Below, one piece after another: positions 31,615-40,294 of a DNA stretch of 64,000 bases. This stretch comes from Dehalococcoidia bacterium. Lineage in GTDB: Bacteria > Chloroflexota > Dehalococcoidia > GIF9 > UBA5629. Position 1 is the first letter of the stretch; every line of letters begins with the position of its first letter. The notes beneath the pieces are model-generated. The model saw only the letters and a program-made list of their open reading frames with translations. It was not told where the DNA came from and did no database searches. The stretch spans positions 288,001 to 352,000 of the forward strand of contig JBEKIW010000001.1 in NCBI GenBank assembly GCA_050011565.1, in the 5' to 3' direction. The position numbers and the translations under genes are program-made.

Positions 31615-32322
31615 ATGGACAAAGTAATAGAAATTAAAAACCTTTCTTACAACTATCCCGATGGGCATAGGGGGCTAAGTAGCGTTGACCTGGTTGTTTG
31701 GCCCGGTGACAATGTGGCGGTGATTGGCCCTAATGGTGCCGGGAAATCGACACTTTTGCTTCATCTAAATGGTATCCTCCGCGGCAATAGTACTGTGAAG
31801 ATTTGCGGATTGACTGTGGAAGAAAAAAATCTGAAAGAGATAAGGAAGAAAGTCGGCTTGATATTCCAGGACCCTGAAGACCAGCTTTTTTCGTTGAATG
31901 TTTTTGATGACGTTGCCTTCGGGCCTATAAATATGGGCTTAACCGAATCTGAGGTGAAACAGCACGTTGCCCAGGCACTCGAGTGGGTGAATATGGCGGG
32001 CTATGAGCAGCGCTCCCCTCATCATCTGAGCGTCGGTGAGAAAAAACGCATTGCCATTGCCACTGTTCTGTCCTTAGACCCGGAGATTCTGGTAATTGAC
32101 GAACCTACCAGCAACCTTGACCCAAGAAGCAAGTGGTCTTTGGTCGAACTGCTAAATAGGCTTCCAATAACTAAAATCATTGCCACCCATGATCTGGAAT
32201 TGGTTAGGGCTTTGTGCCATCGGACCATGGTCATGGATGAAGGCAAGATAGCGGCTGACGGAAAGACAGAAAGTATTCTCGATGATATTCCTCTGCTAAG
32301 GGCTCATGGCCTGTCGAAATGA
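31615..32322 (+). CDS. cbiO: ECF transporter ATPase
   Basis: GPNGAGKST, FQDPEDQLF, LSVGEKKR and DEPT motifs. Confidence 0.93.
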   Translation: MDKVIEIKNLSYNYPDGHRGLSSVDLVVWPGDNVAVIGPNGAGKSTLLLHLNGILRGNSTVKICGLTVEEKNLKEIRKKVGLIFQDPEDQLFSLNVFDDVAFGPINMGLTESEVKQHVAQALEWVNMAGYEQRSPHHLSVGEKKRIAIATVLSLDPEILVIDEPTSNLDPRSKWSLVELLNRLPITKIIATHDLELVRALCHRTMVMDEGKIAADGKTESILDDIPLLRAHGLSK

Positions 32323-32335
32323 CAGATTGAAAGTT

Positions 32336-33187
32336 TTAGTCAAGTTCTAAGCTAATGTCCAGAGCTTTCGGCGAGTGAGTAAGCGCTCCTATTGAGATAC
32401 GGTCAACACCCGTCTCGGCAACAGCCCGGACATTTTCCAGAGTAATTCCTCCCGAAGCTTCTATTAAAGCATGGCCTTTAACTAGCCGGACAGCCTGGCG
32501 CATGTCTTCGAGGTTCATATTATCGAGCATAATTATATCGGCGCCGGCTTCAGCGGTCTGGACAGCTTCCTCGGGGGTCTTGACTTCAACTTCAATTTTA
32601 AGTTCGGGTGGAGCTTTTTGCCGGGCATTGGCTACAATTTCCTTTATATTCAGCCCTCGACGGCGGAGCGCTGCAATGTGGTTGTCCTTAATCAGAATAC
32701 CGTCTGCCAGATGCATGCGGTGGTTCTTACCGCCTCCGACACGAACGGCGTATTTTTCCAGCGTTCTCAGTCCCGGCGTAGTTTTCCTGGTATCCGTGAT
32801 GTAAACCGGTAGACCTTTGACGGCCTGGACATAGCGGGCTGTTTCCGAGGCAATGCCGCTAAGACGCTGCAAGAAGTTTAATGCCACCCGCTCGGCTTTC
32901 AATATACTTGAAGTTTTACCTTCAATTCTAGTTACAATATCGCTGGGCTTAACTTCGTTGCCGTCCTCGATAAGAATATCCACCTCCAATTTAGGGTCTA
33001 TTTTGAGAAAAACCTGTTTGGCTATACCAGTTCCGGCTATGATACCTCTGCCTTTGGCCATGATTAATGCCTTGCCCATCTGGGTCTCAGGTATCAATGC
33101 CTTCGTAGTCACGTCTTGCCGGCTCCGGTCTTCAGCTATAGCCTGGCGAATAAGTTGTTTAACCTGTGGAGTGTTCGGCGATTCCAT
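32336..33187 (-). CDS. nadC: Quinolinate phosphoribosyltransferase
   Basis: ERVALNFLQ, DTRKTTPG, NHR, IKDNH, MLDN and EASGG motifs. Confidence 0.97.
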   Translation of the reverse strand: MESPNTPQVKQLIRQAIAEDRSRQDVTTKALIPETQMGKALIMAKGRGIIAGTGIAKQVFLKIDPKLEVDILIEDGNEVKPSDIVTRIEGKTSSILKAERVALNFLQRLSGIASETARYVQAVKGLPVYITDTRKTTPGLRTLEKYAVRVGGGKNHRMHLADGILIKDNHIAALRRRGLNIKEIVANARQKAPPELKIEVEVKTPEEAVQTAEAGADIIMLDNMNLEDMRQAVRLVKGHALIEASGGITLENVRAVAETGVDRISIGALTHSPKALDISLELD

Positions 33188-33246
33188 TTGCTGTTTCCGA
33201 TTTTATAGAGAAGCGCAAAATAAACTGCAGGCAAAGGTAACTTTAT

Positions 33247-34710
33247 TTAAATAAACGGGACAAGCTCTTTCTGTCGAGTCCAGATTGGTGCCCTGGCGAT
33301 CACAGTTGTACCTTTGCCGGGCTCCGATTTTATCTGTAAAGTACCTCCGATAAGACGTGCCCGTTCTTCCATACCCAGGACTCCCAGCTTTCCTTCTTTC
33401 GCCAGGTCACCGGTCAATCTGGATGTCGAGAAGCCCTTGCCGTTATCCGTGATAGACATCTTCAAATTGTTTGAAGTAAGTTGTACTGTAATATTGACCG
33501 CTGACGCCTGAGCATGTTTTCGTATATTATTCAGTGTCTCCTGAGCAATTCGGAACATGGCTAACTCCACTTCTGAGGGAAGCGGAGGTAATTTATCCGA
33601 TTTTACCGAAGTTTTAATCCTCAATTCTTTGCCCAGTTCCTCAGTCAACCAGTTTAATGCGGCGACGAGTCCCATCTGGTCTAAAATGCTCGGCCTCAGG
33701 TCACGTGCATATCGCTGCAGACTTTTATAAGCATCATTGGCTATGTTCTCGATATGCTCGAGCTCTATAATCGAAGCTTTAGGTATCTTGGAATCATTTT
33801 TGGAGATAAGGATGTCCAGTTGTCGTGACAATAAAAGTATGGACTGCGCGATATCATCGTGGAGTTCCCGGGCAATTCGTTTCCGCTCCTCCTCCTGCGC
33901 CATGAGAGTTTTATGAATTTGAAGGCGAAGATTATCTCTCAGCCTTCTTTCTACAGTAACATCGCGAGCTATATTCTGAAAGCCGATAGGCTTGCCATCA
34001 GCGCGAATAAGGCGGGTAAACAATTCTACAATGGCGTCTGTGCCGTCTTTCTTAATTAATCGCTGGTCGTAGCGTTGGTCAATAGCTTGGCCCTTCATAA
34101 GCTTGGTTCTAATTTCTCTGGCTATCACCAGTGCATCACGGGACATGAATTCAGCAACATTTTTACCTATTAACTCATCCGGCGAGTAGCCACTGACCTT
34201 CTCACAGGCTCTATTGGCTATCACTATCTTGCCGTGCATATCATGAACCCAAATCGCATCACTGGCATTTGTAAAAAGCTCTTCGTAGCTCTCTTGAGAT
34301 GTTCTCAAGGCTACTCTAATTCCACGTAGTTTTTGTCTTTGTTGATGCCATCCCCGGCGCATTTGAATTAAGGTAATGCCCAGGCCGCCAATAGTAAGCG
34401 CAGCGATGCTCTCGATAGTGGAGTCTATAGGGGTAGATGATATGAATATTGCACGTGGAAGCATAACAAGGCCGGAAGCCAACAATGTACCGATGCCGAA
34501 CCTTAGTCCCAGCGACCAGCCGGCATAAACTATGAGCAAAATATAAATAAATCGCTCAACAGCGTATCTTGATAAACCGAGAAACGAGGCAATAGACACC
34601 TGGCCTATTATCGGGATGCTAGCCAGGAGTTCGTGGTAATGGGATAGAGTAAGAAGTAAGAAGATTAGGGTTAAGAAGCAGATGTGGAAAATTCGCCATC
34701 TATTTGACAC
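33247..34710 (-). CDS. Membrane PAS histidine kinase (HisKA_3, NarX/UhpB type)
   Basis: N-terminal TMs, PAS, EERKRIARELHD, DNGKGF and MEERA. Confidence 0.93.
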   Translation of the reverse strand: MSNRWRIFHICFLTLIFLLLTLSHYHELLASIPIIGQVSIASFLGLSRYAVERFIYILLIVYAGWSLGLRFGIGTLLASGLVMLPRAIFISSTPIDSTIESIAALTIGGLGITLIQMRRGWHQQRQKLRGIRVALRTSQESYEELFTNASDAIWVHDMHGKIVIANRACEKVSGYSPDELIGKNVAEFMSRDALVIAREIRTKLMKGQAIDQRYDQRLIKKDGTDAIVELFTRLIRADGKPIGFQNIARDVTVERRLRDNLRLQIHKTLMAQEEERKRIARELHDDIAQSILLLSRQLDILISKNDSKIPKASIIELEHIENIANDAYKSLQRYARDLRPSILDQMGLVAALNWLTEELGKELRIKTSVKSDKLPPLPSEVELAMFRIAQETLNNIRKHAQASAVNITVQLTSNNLKMSITDNGKGFSTSRLTGDLAKEGKLGVLGMEERARLIGGTLQIKSEPGKGTTVIARAPIWTRQKELVPFI

Positions 34711-34780
34711 TGCTGCTGATACATCTCCTCATCTATTTTTTATTATTTACGGATACTAGTCGAACATCAAATTTATTCTA

Positions 34781-35467
34781 TCATTCCGAAGATTCACCTT
34801 GCTTAATATCTTCTAAAGTAATTAGTCCCGTTCTGAGGCCTTCAACTAGAGCTTCACTTCGCGAAGCAACAGTCATCTTGGTGAATATGTTCGACATGTG
34901 GGCCTTGACGGTTCGTAAGCTAAGATATAGTTTATCGGCTATCTCTTTGTTGCTCATTCCGGTGGCCAGTAGTTTCAGCATTTCCATCTCGCGGTCACTT
35001 AGAATGTCTCTTATCTTTCGGTCTACGGTTCCCGCCGGTTTAATCATGGCTTGTTTTAGCAACTTTTCAATTATCTTGGGGTGAAGCACCGACTCACCGG
35101 CTCTTATAGCCCGCACAGCTTCCACTAAATCCTGTCCCCGCGCGCTTTTCATCAGGTAACCGGCTGCTCCTGCCTCCAGTAATCCAAGCACGTAGTTATC
35201 GTCATCATAGGCGGTGAGAATCAGTATGGCGGTATTGGGGGCAATTTTCTTAATTTGTCGGCTGGCTTCAAGACCGTCGAACTTAGGCATCATAATATCC
35301 ATAACCAGTATATCTGGCTTCAACTGGGAAGTCAGATTGACGGCTTCCTCGCCATTATTTGCCTGGCCAACTATCTCCATATCTTTCTCATTAGAAAATA
35401 CCTGGCTCAATGCTTCCCGCAACAATGGATGGTCATCGGCAAGCAAAATTCTTGTTTTCGCCTTCAC
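34781..35467 (-). CDS. NarL/LuxR-family response regulator
   Basis: ADDH..MD receiver domain plus LSDRE..GMSNKEIA..TVKAH HTH. Confidence 0.95.
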   Translation of the reverse strand: MKAKTRILLADDHPLLREALSQVFSNEKDMEIVGQANNGEEAVNLTSQLKPDILVMDIMMPKFDGLEASRQIKKIAPNTAILILTAYDDDNYVLGLLEAGAAGYLMKSARGQDLVEAVRAIRAGESVLHPKIIEKLLKQAMIKPAGTVDRKIRDILSDREMEMLKLLATGMSNKEIADKLYLSLRTVKAHMSNIFTKMTVASRSEALVEGLRTGLITLEDIKQGESSE

Positions 35468-35570
35468 TCTATCACCCCCTTAGCAGTTCAATACTAATTA
35501 TAAGGTATATCAGCCTGAAGGCACAATAATACTATGGTCATACATGTTCGGTGGTATTACGTAACATAGG

Positions 35571-35632
35571 CCAAAGTACCATCGAAACTAGAGCTAAAGA
35601 CCGATGAGAGCCAATCTGCTAGCTGCTACAGT
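35571..35632 (+). promoter_or_regulatory. Conserved regulated promoter, copy A
   Basis: 32/40 nt identical to 39859-39898; CATCG-N17-CGATG inverted repeat; extended -10 TGcTACAGT. Confidence 0.6.
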
Positions 35633-35672
35633 ATAGTTGTCAGAAAAATCTGGTTAATAATGAGCAGCGGGA

Positions 35673-35999
35673 ATGTCAGATAAGCTTGGTGAGAAGGCCG
35701 GAGATACTAGCGAAATGCTTAATAGATTAGTCAGTGCACCGACCGTTGTTCCAAATAATGGTTTAGCTGGTAAGTGGGCAATACTAGCTGTGCTGGCTAG
35801 GGCGGCTGATGAACCTGAGTTCATGTCACGTTTAGCCGAGAACCCACACGAGGCTCTTAAAGAGTATTACACCTTAACTCAAGAGCAGAAAATGGCCCTG
35901 GCTAGCGGCGATATACAGAAGATTGAGAGTTGGTTAGGTAAGTTGGATAAGCGATTGGCTAGCTGGCTTTGGTGCCGTCTTGGTCAGGAGAAGTGGTAA
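35673..35999 (+). CDS. Small LigA/NHLP(Os1348)-like 'RLxQEKW' domain protein, paralog A
   Basis: ARAADEPEFMSRLAENPHEALKEYYTLT..ALASGD; paralog at 39959 and homologous domain on the FNT C-terminus. Confidence 0.85.
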   Translation: MSDKLGEKAGDTSEMLNRLVSAPTVVPNNGLAGKWAILAVLARAADEPEFMSRLAENPHEALKEYYTLTQEQKMALASGDIQKIESWLGKLDKRLASWLWCRLGQEKW

Positions 36000-36011
36000 A
36001 GGAGAGAAATA

Positions 36012-36161
36012 ATGCATTGGCAATTTATAGCAGTCGCAGGTTTTATAGCAGCTGTTGCCTTATTTTCGGTAGTACTTTTTCTTACACAGAAGGGGCTGAG
36101 GCTCTGGTCTGATCGCGCCAGGACCAGGTCAAATACGACTGGCTGTGGCGGCTGAGGATAA
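36012..36161 (+). CDS. Small single-TM peptide, probable selenoprotein ending C-G-G-U-G (not in ORF track)
   Basis: AAGGAG RBS; MHWQFIAVAGFIAAVALFSVVLFLTQKGLRLWSDRARTRSNTTGCGG-TGA-GGA-TAA; SECIS-like hairpin at 36169-36186. Confidence 0.6.
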
Positions 36162-36237
36162 TTAAAGTGGCTGCAGTTGTGTGGCCGAGGAACCGTTGAC
36201 GTACCAGGGGCACAAAGAAATTAAAGGGGGTAAAAAA

Positions 36238-36693
36238 ATGGGCAAGTTCAATGTGTTAAGGAAATGCGACATTTTTCGAGCTTTGGATGATAAGCAGCTT
36301 CGTGAAGCGGAGAAAATGTGCGACTATGAAGAATTCGAGGCCGGAACAATTATTTGCAAGCAGGGAAACAAGGAAGAGAAGTTATACATAATCGAACACG
36401 GCGCAGTGGGGATTATTTTGGAAGTCGGGCCGCTAGCTCAGCGCCAGGTTCAAGCTGTAACCGACTATGAGGTGTTCGGCTGGTCGGCCATGCTGGACCC
36501 ATACGTTTGTACGGCTACAGTGAAAGCTTTAGAGAATACAAAGGTACTGGCTTTTGATGGGCAGGAGTTGTCCGGTTTGTGCGTAACCAGACCTGAAATA
36601 GGCTGCAGAATTTCAAGAGGAATCGCGCGTGTGGTAGCTGGCAGGCTACGTCAAGCCTATGCCCAGTTATTGGGTGTTACCGCACTGGTTTAA
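36238..36693 (+). CDS. Stand-alone cyclic-nucleotide-binding-domain protein (no HTH)
   Basis: IICKQG...LYIIEHGAV..VFGWSAML...TATVKALE; AGGGGG RBS before ATG 36238. Confidence 0.85.
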   Translation: MGKFNVLRKCDIFRALDDKQLREAEKMCDYEEFEAGTIICKQGNKEEKLYIIEHGAVGIILEVGPLAQRQVQAVTDYEVFGWSAMLDPYVCTATVKALENTKVLAFDGQELSGLCVTRPEIGCRISRGIARVVAGRLRQAYAQLLGVTALV

Positions 36694-36720
36694 TTTCTAA
36701 TTCTGGAAAGGAGTTTAATC

Positions 36721-38688
36721 ATGGCAGATGTAAAAACAATCACTTCAATGATGGGGGAAAAGAGGGTATTCAATCCTCCAAAGGAATTCAGTGAACGGGC
36801 GTACATACGGAATCTGGTCGAGTATAAAGATGTCTATCAGTGGTCTATTAATGACCCTGAGGGCTTCTGGGGCGAGATGGCAGGCCAGCTGGATTGGTAT
36901 CGGAAATGGGATAAAGTGTTTGTCGAGGATTTCAAGGAGGGCAAGCATGAATGGTTTGTGGGGGGTAAGCTCAATGTCAGTCAAAATTGCCTCGACAGGC
37001 ATGTTAAGACGTGGAGAAAGAACAAAGCGGCTTTGATCTGGGAGGGCGACATCGGTGATAGCAAGGTGCTCACCTATCAACAGCTATATCGAGAGGTCTG
37101 CAAGTTTGCCAATGTGCTTAAGAAACATGGTGTCAAAAAAGGAGATAGGGTATCTATATATTTACCCATGATTGTGGAGCTGCCGATTGCCATGCTGGCT
37201 TGTGCCAGGATTGGTGCTATTCATAGCGTTGTTTTCGGCGGTTTCAGTGCTGATGCATTGAAAGATAGGATGCTGGACTGCCGATCTTCAGTACTCATTT
37301 GTGTCGATGGCTACTACCGTGGTGGCAAGATCATACGGAGTAAGGACAATGCAGACGCAGCCCTTGCAGCCTGCCCTGACGTGAAGGACGTCATAGTGGT
37401 CAAGAGGGCTAATATTGAAGTTGCCATGGAGAAGGGGCGTGATTATTGGTGGGACGATGAAATGGCATCTGATAGCGCTAAAACAGAGTGTAAGCCTGAA
37501 GTTATGGATGCTGAAGACCCACTGTTCATTTTGTATACCAGTGGGAGCACTGGCAAACCCAAGGGGGTTCTGCACACTCAAGCAGGTTACCTTCTTTACT
37601 GCTATCAGACATTTAAGTGGATCTTTGACATGAAAGAAGAAGATACTTTCTGGTGCACAGCCGACATTGGCTGGGTGACGGGGCACTCCTATATCGTCTA
37701 TGGCCCCTTGTCTTACGGAGCGACCACACTCATGTTTGAAGGGGTGCCAAACTATCCCCATCCTGATAGGTTCTGGGATATTGTTGAAAAATATCAGGTC
37801 AGCATTTTCTACACGGCGCCTACTGCACTCCGATCCATAATGAGAGAAGGAGACGAATGGCCTAATAAGCATAATTTGAGATCCCTGCGTCTCCTGGGCA
37901 CGGTAGGTGAACCGATAAATCCTGAGGCCTGGATTTGGTACTACAACGTAATAGGTAAAAATATGTGCCCTATTGTGGATACCTGGTGGCAAACAGAGAC
38001 GGGAGGAGTATTAATCACACCTTTACCCGGTGCTACTCCACTTAAACCGGGCTCAGCGACATTGCCGTTTCCTGGAGTCGAGGCTGCGGTGCTCAGAGAG
38101 GATGGTTCCGTTGCTGATGTGAACGAAGGCGGCTACTTGGTTATCAAAAAGCCCTGGCCGGGGCTGATGCGCCGGGTCTATGGCGACCCAGAGAGATTCA
38201 AGAACACTTACTTTGTTCGATTCCCAGGCGTTTATAATACGGGAGATGGCGCCAGAGTAGACGAGGACGGATTCTTCTGGTTAATGGGTCGTATTGACGA
38301 TGTTATCAATGTGTCAGGGCACCGTATAGGTACTGCCGAGGTGGAAAGTGCTCTGGTATCTCATGATAATGTCGCGGAAGCTGCTGTTGTTGGCATGCCC
38401 CATGAGATAAAAGGGCAAGGCATATACGCCTTCGTTACGTTAAAAGCCGGCGTGGGAAAGTCTGACGAGCTCAAGAAAGCGCTGGTATCCCATGTCCGCA
38501 AGGAGATTGGTCCAATAGCCACACCGGATAAGATTCAGTTTGCTGATGGTTTGCCAAAGACGAGAAGTGGCAAGATTATGAGAAGAATATTGACCAAGAT
38601 TGCTGCCGGCGATGTGGAGCAATTGGGTGACACTACTACACTGGCTGACCCCTCTGTGGTTGAAGTGCTGGTCAAGGAGAGATGCTAA
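36721..38688 (+). CDS. acs: AMP-forming acetyl-CoA synthetase
   Basis: [33 protein letters not shown] and [11 protein letters not shown] motifs. Confidence 0.97.
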   Translation: MADVKTITSMMGEKRVFNPPKEFSERAYIRNLVEYKDVYQWSINDPEGFWGEMAGQLDWYRKWDKVFVEDFKEGKHEWFVGGKLNVSQNCLDRHVKTWRKNKAALIWEGDIGDSKVLTYQQLYREVCKFANVLKKHGVKKGDRVSIYLPMIVELPIAMLACARIGAIHSVVFGGFSADALKDRMLDCRSSVLICVDGYYRGGKIIRSKDNADAALAACPDVKDVIVVKRANIEVAMEKGRDYWWDDEMASDSAKTECKPEVMDAEDPLFILYTSGSTGKPKGVLHTQAGYLLYCYQTFKWIFDMKEEDTFWCTADIGWVTGHSYIVYGPLSYGATTLMFEGVPNYPHPDRFWDIVEKYQVSIFYTAPTALRSIMREGDEWPNKHNLRSLRLLGTVGEPINPEAWIWYYNVIGKNMCPIVDTWWQTETGGVLITPLPGATPLKPGSATLPFPGVEAAVLREDGSVADVNEGGYLVIKKPWPGLMRRVYGDPERFKNTYFVRFPGVYNTGDGARVDEDGFFWLMGRIDDVINVSGHRIGTAEVESALVSHDNVAEAAVVGMPHEIKGQGIYAFVTLKAGVGKSDELKKALVSHVRKEIGPIATPDKIQFADGLPKTRSGKIMRRILTKIAAGDVEQLGDTTTLADPSVVEVLVKERC

Positions 38689-38760
38689 GTTTATTGCAGT
38701 TGTGTTAGCTTTCTCCGGCATCAACCAATGTAAGATTATGGTGACATAGGAGGAAATTTT

Positions 38761-39336
38761 ATGGCAAAGGTGATTACTCAAAACGAGGTTCAATGGGCTA
38801 ATCCGGGCGCCTTAGGCTTAGCCGGATTTGGCCTGAATACGATTCTATTGCAGATTCACAATCTGGGTTTGATCACAAGTACTTTACCACTGGTATACGG
38901 ATTTTTCTGGGGTGGTGTAGCCCAGATTATTGCCGGCATCATAGATGCTCGGCGTGGCGATACCTTTGGTCTCACCGCCTTCACTTCCTACGGCTTGTTC
39001 TGGATAGGATTGAGCTTTTACTTTCTACTGCAGTGGACAGGCGTAGTCGAAATGGAGCGCTCTGGACTGGCCTGGTTATTTGTATGCTGGGGCATATTCA
39101 CCGGCTATATGACCATAGGCACGCTGAAGATGTCGGTGATGCACATCTTTGTGTTCGCGAGCTTGACTGTACTGTTCTTCTTGCTTGCCGCCGTATTTTT
39201 TGACCTCATACCGGCAGCGGTAGCCGGAGTGGAAGGACTGTGCTGTGGCGCTGCTGCAGCCTACGGTTCGGCAGCCGTGGTGCTGAACGATAAGTTCGGC
39301 AGGTGGGTGTTCCCCATCGGCCTGATTTCAAAATAG
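38761..39336 (+). CDS. satP: Acetate uptake channel (SatP/YaaH/GPR1-FUN34)
   Basis: ANPGALGLAGFG, GGVAQIIAG and TFGLTAFTSYGLFW motifs. Confidence 0.9.
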   Translation: MAKVITQNEVQWANPGALGLAGFGLNTILLQIHNLGLITSTLPLVYGFFWGGVAQIIAGIIDARRGDTFGLTAFTSYGLFWIGLSFYFLLQWTGVVEMERSGLAWLFVCWGIFTGYMTIGTLKMSVMHIFVFASLTVLFFLLAAVFFDLIPAAVAGVEGLCCGAAAAYGSAAVVLNDKFGRWVFPIGLISK

Positions 39337-39449
39337 AATAGTTAAAAACTGATATCTGTCGTTAGAACCAGGCTTAGGTATATTGGAAATAAGGAGGTTG
39401 GTTGTTACAAAGAACATTAGTTTTGAGCTAGGTCACTAGAATTAAGTGA

Positions 39450-39642
39450 TAAACTCGGTGGCATTAATTTACTACAACTAGAAGGTGTGATGCCTTAATA
39501 GAGGAGGGTACCGAGTGGGCGGTGGCAATCACTTTTGTGGCAGGTGCCCCAAACATTGACTTTAATCTGCCCAAACTCCTAGCTTTACTGAACTGCCCCC
39601 AAAAATTTGCCCCCAAATTTTGCCACCGCCCGCCCCCTTTTT
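39450..39642 (-). ncRNA. Candidate small RNA with repeated UUUGGG(GG)CA motifs
   Basis: Extended -10 TGcTATACT (39657-39649); a 12-bp stem (39517-39528/39620-39631) encloses four repeats. The 3' end is uncertain. Confidence 0.4.
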
Positions 39643-39858
39643 ACCTCTAGTATAGCACTAATCTTTAATTACTTAAATGGAAATAGTCAGACAAAACGGA
39701 ATAGGAATACGGAGGTTAATCCCCCGGTTTTCTTTTTTGTATCCGCAATTTAAGGTAACCGGGATAAATGTTAATGTCTGAGGGAACTAGTACCAATGGC
39801 CAAAATGAACTTGTTTTAGGGTTTTTAAACAAGATTAACGTAATACTTTTGGACGTAC

Positions 39859-39920
39859 CCAAAGCCCCATCGAAATTAGGGCGCGAGGCCGATGAGAGTT
39901 ACGTTACCAGTTGCTAAATT
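39859..39920 (+). promoter_or_regulatory. Conserved regulated promoter, copy B
   Basis: Same motif and spacing as copy A; extended -10 TGcTAAATT. Confidence 0.6.
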
Positions 39921-39958
39921 AAAGATAGAAGTTCAAATAAATAAGGAGGTGACTAAAA

Positions 39959-40285
39959 ATGGCTGATCACGTTCGTAAAAAGCTCGAAGAAGGCACTGAA
40001 AACCTAGACAAACTCATCAGTGCACCCACAGTTGTCCCGAAGGAGGGCTTGGCCGGAAGGTGGGCGGTCCTATCTGTCCTGGCAAGAGCGGCTGATGAGC
40101 CCGATTTCATGAACCGCCTGGCAGAGGACCCTCATGAAGCTCTCAAGGAGTATTACACACTGACGCAGGAGGAGAAAGCAGCCTTAGCCAGTGGTGATAT
40201 CCAGAAGATTGAGAGCTGGGTTGGTAAGCTGGACAAGCGCCTTTCAACCTGGCTGTGGTATCGTCTATCTCAGGAGAAATGGTAA
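39959..40285 (+). CDS. Small LigA/NHLP-like 'RLxQEKW' domain protein, paralog B
   Basis: AAGGAGGT RBS; 73/88 residues identical to paralog A from SAPTVVP to the end (manual count). Confidence 0.88.
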   Translation: MADHVRKKLEEGTENLDKLISAPTVVPKEGLAGRWAVLSVLARAADEPDFMNRLAEDPHEALKEYYTLTQEEKAALASGDIQKIESWVGKLDKRLSTWLWYRLSQEKW

Positions 40286-40294
40286 GGAGTAACC

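Noticed and set aside
37288-37992. Long antisense ORFs (e.g. 234 aa opposite acs; also 45699-46256, 57613-58122, 25157-25657)
   Set aside because: Fully antisense to well-conserved genes, with no motifs or RBS; expected shadow frames.
38695-38705. TGCAGTTGTGT after acs, identical to the core of the 36172-36182 hairpin
   Set aside because: No upstream in-frame UGA and no matching outer stem. Treated as chance, though it slightly weakens the SECIS reading at 36169.
39545-39617. CRISPR-like array in the TGCCCCCAAA repeats
   Set aside because: Repeats are only 8-10 nt with irregular 4-18 nt spacing, and there are no cas genes.
35673-40285. RLxQEKW proteins as NHLP RiPP precursors
   Set aside because: No GG cleavage site or Cys/Ser/Thr-rich core, no YcaO/radical SAM/peptidase transporter nearby, and the domain is also fused to a channel.
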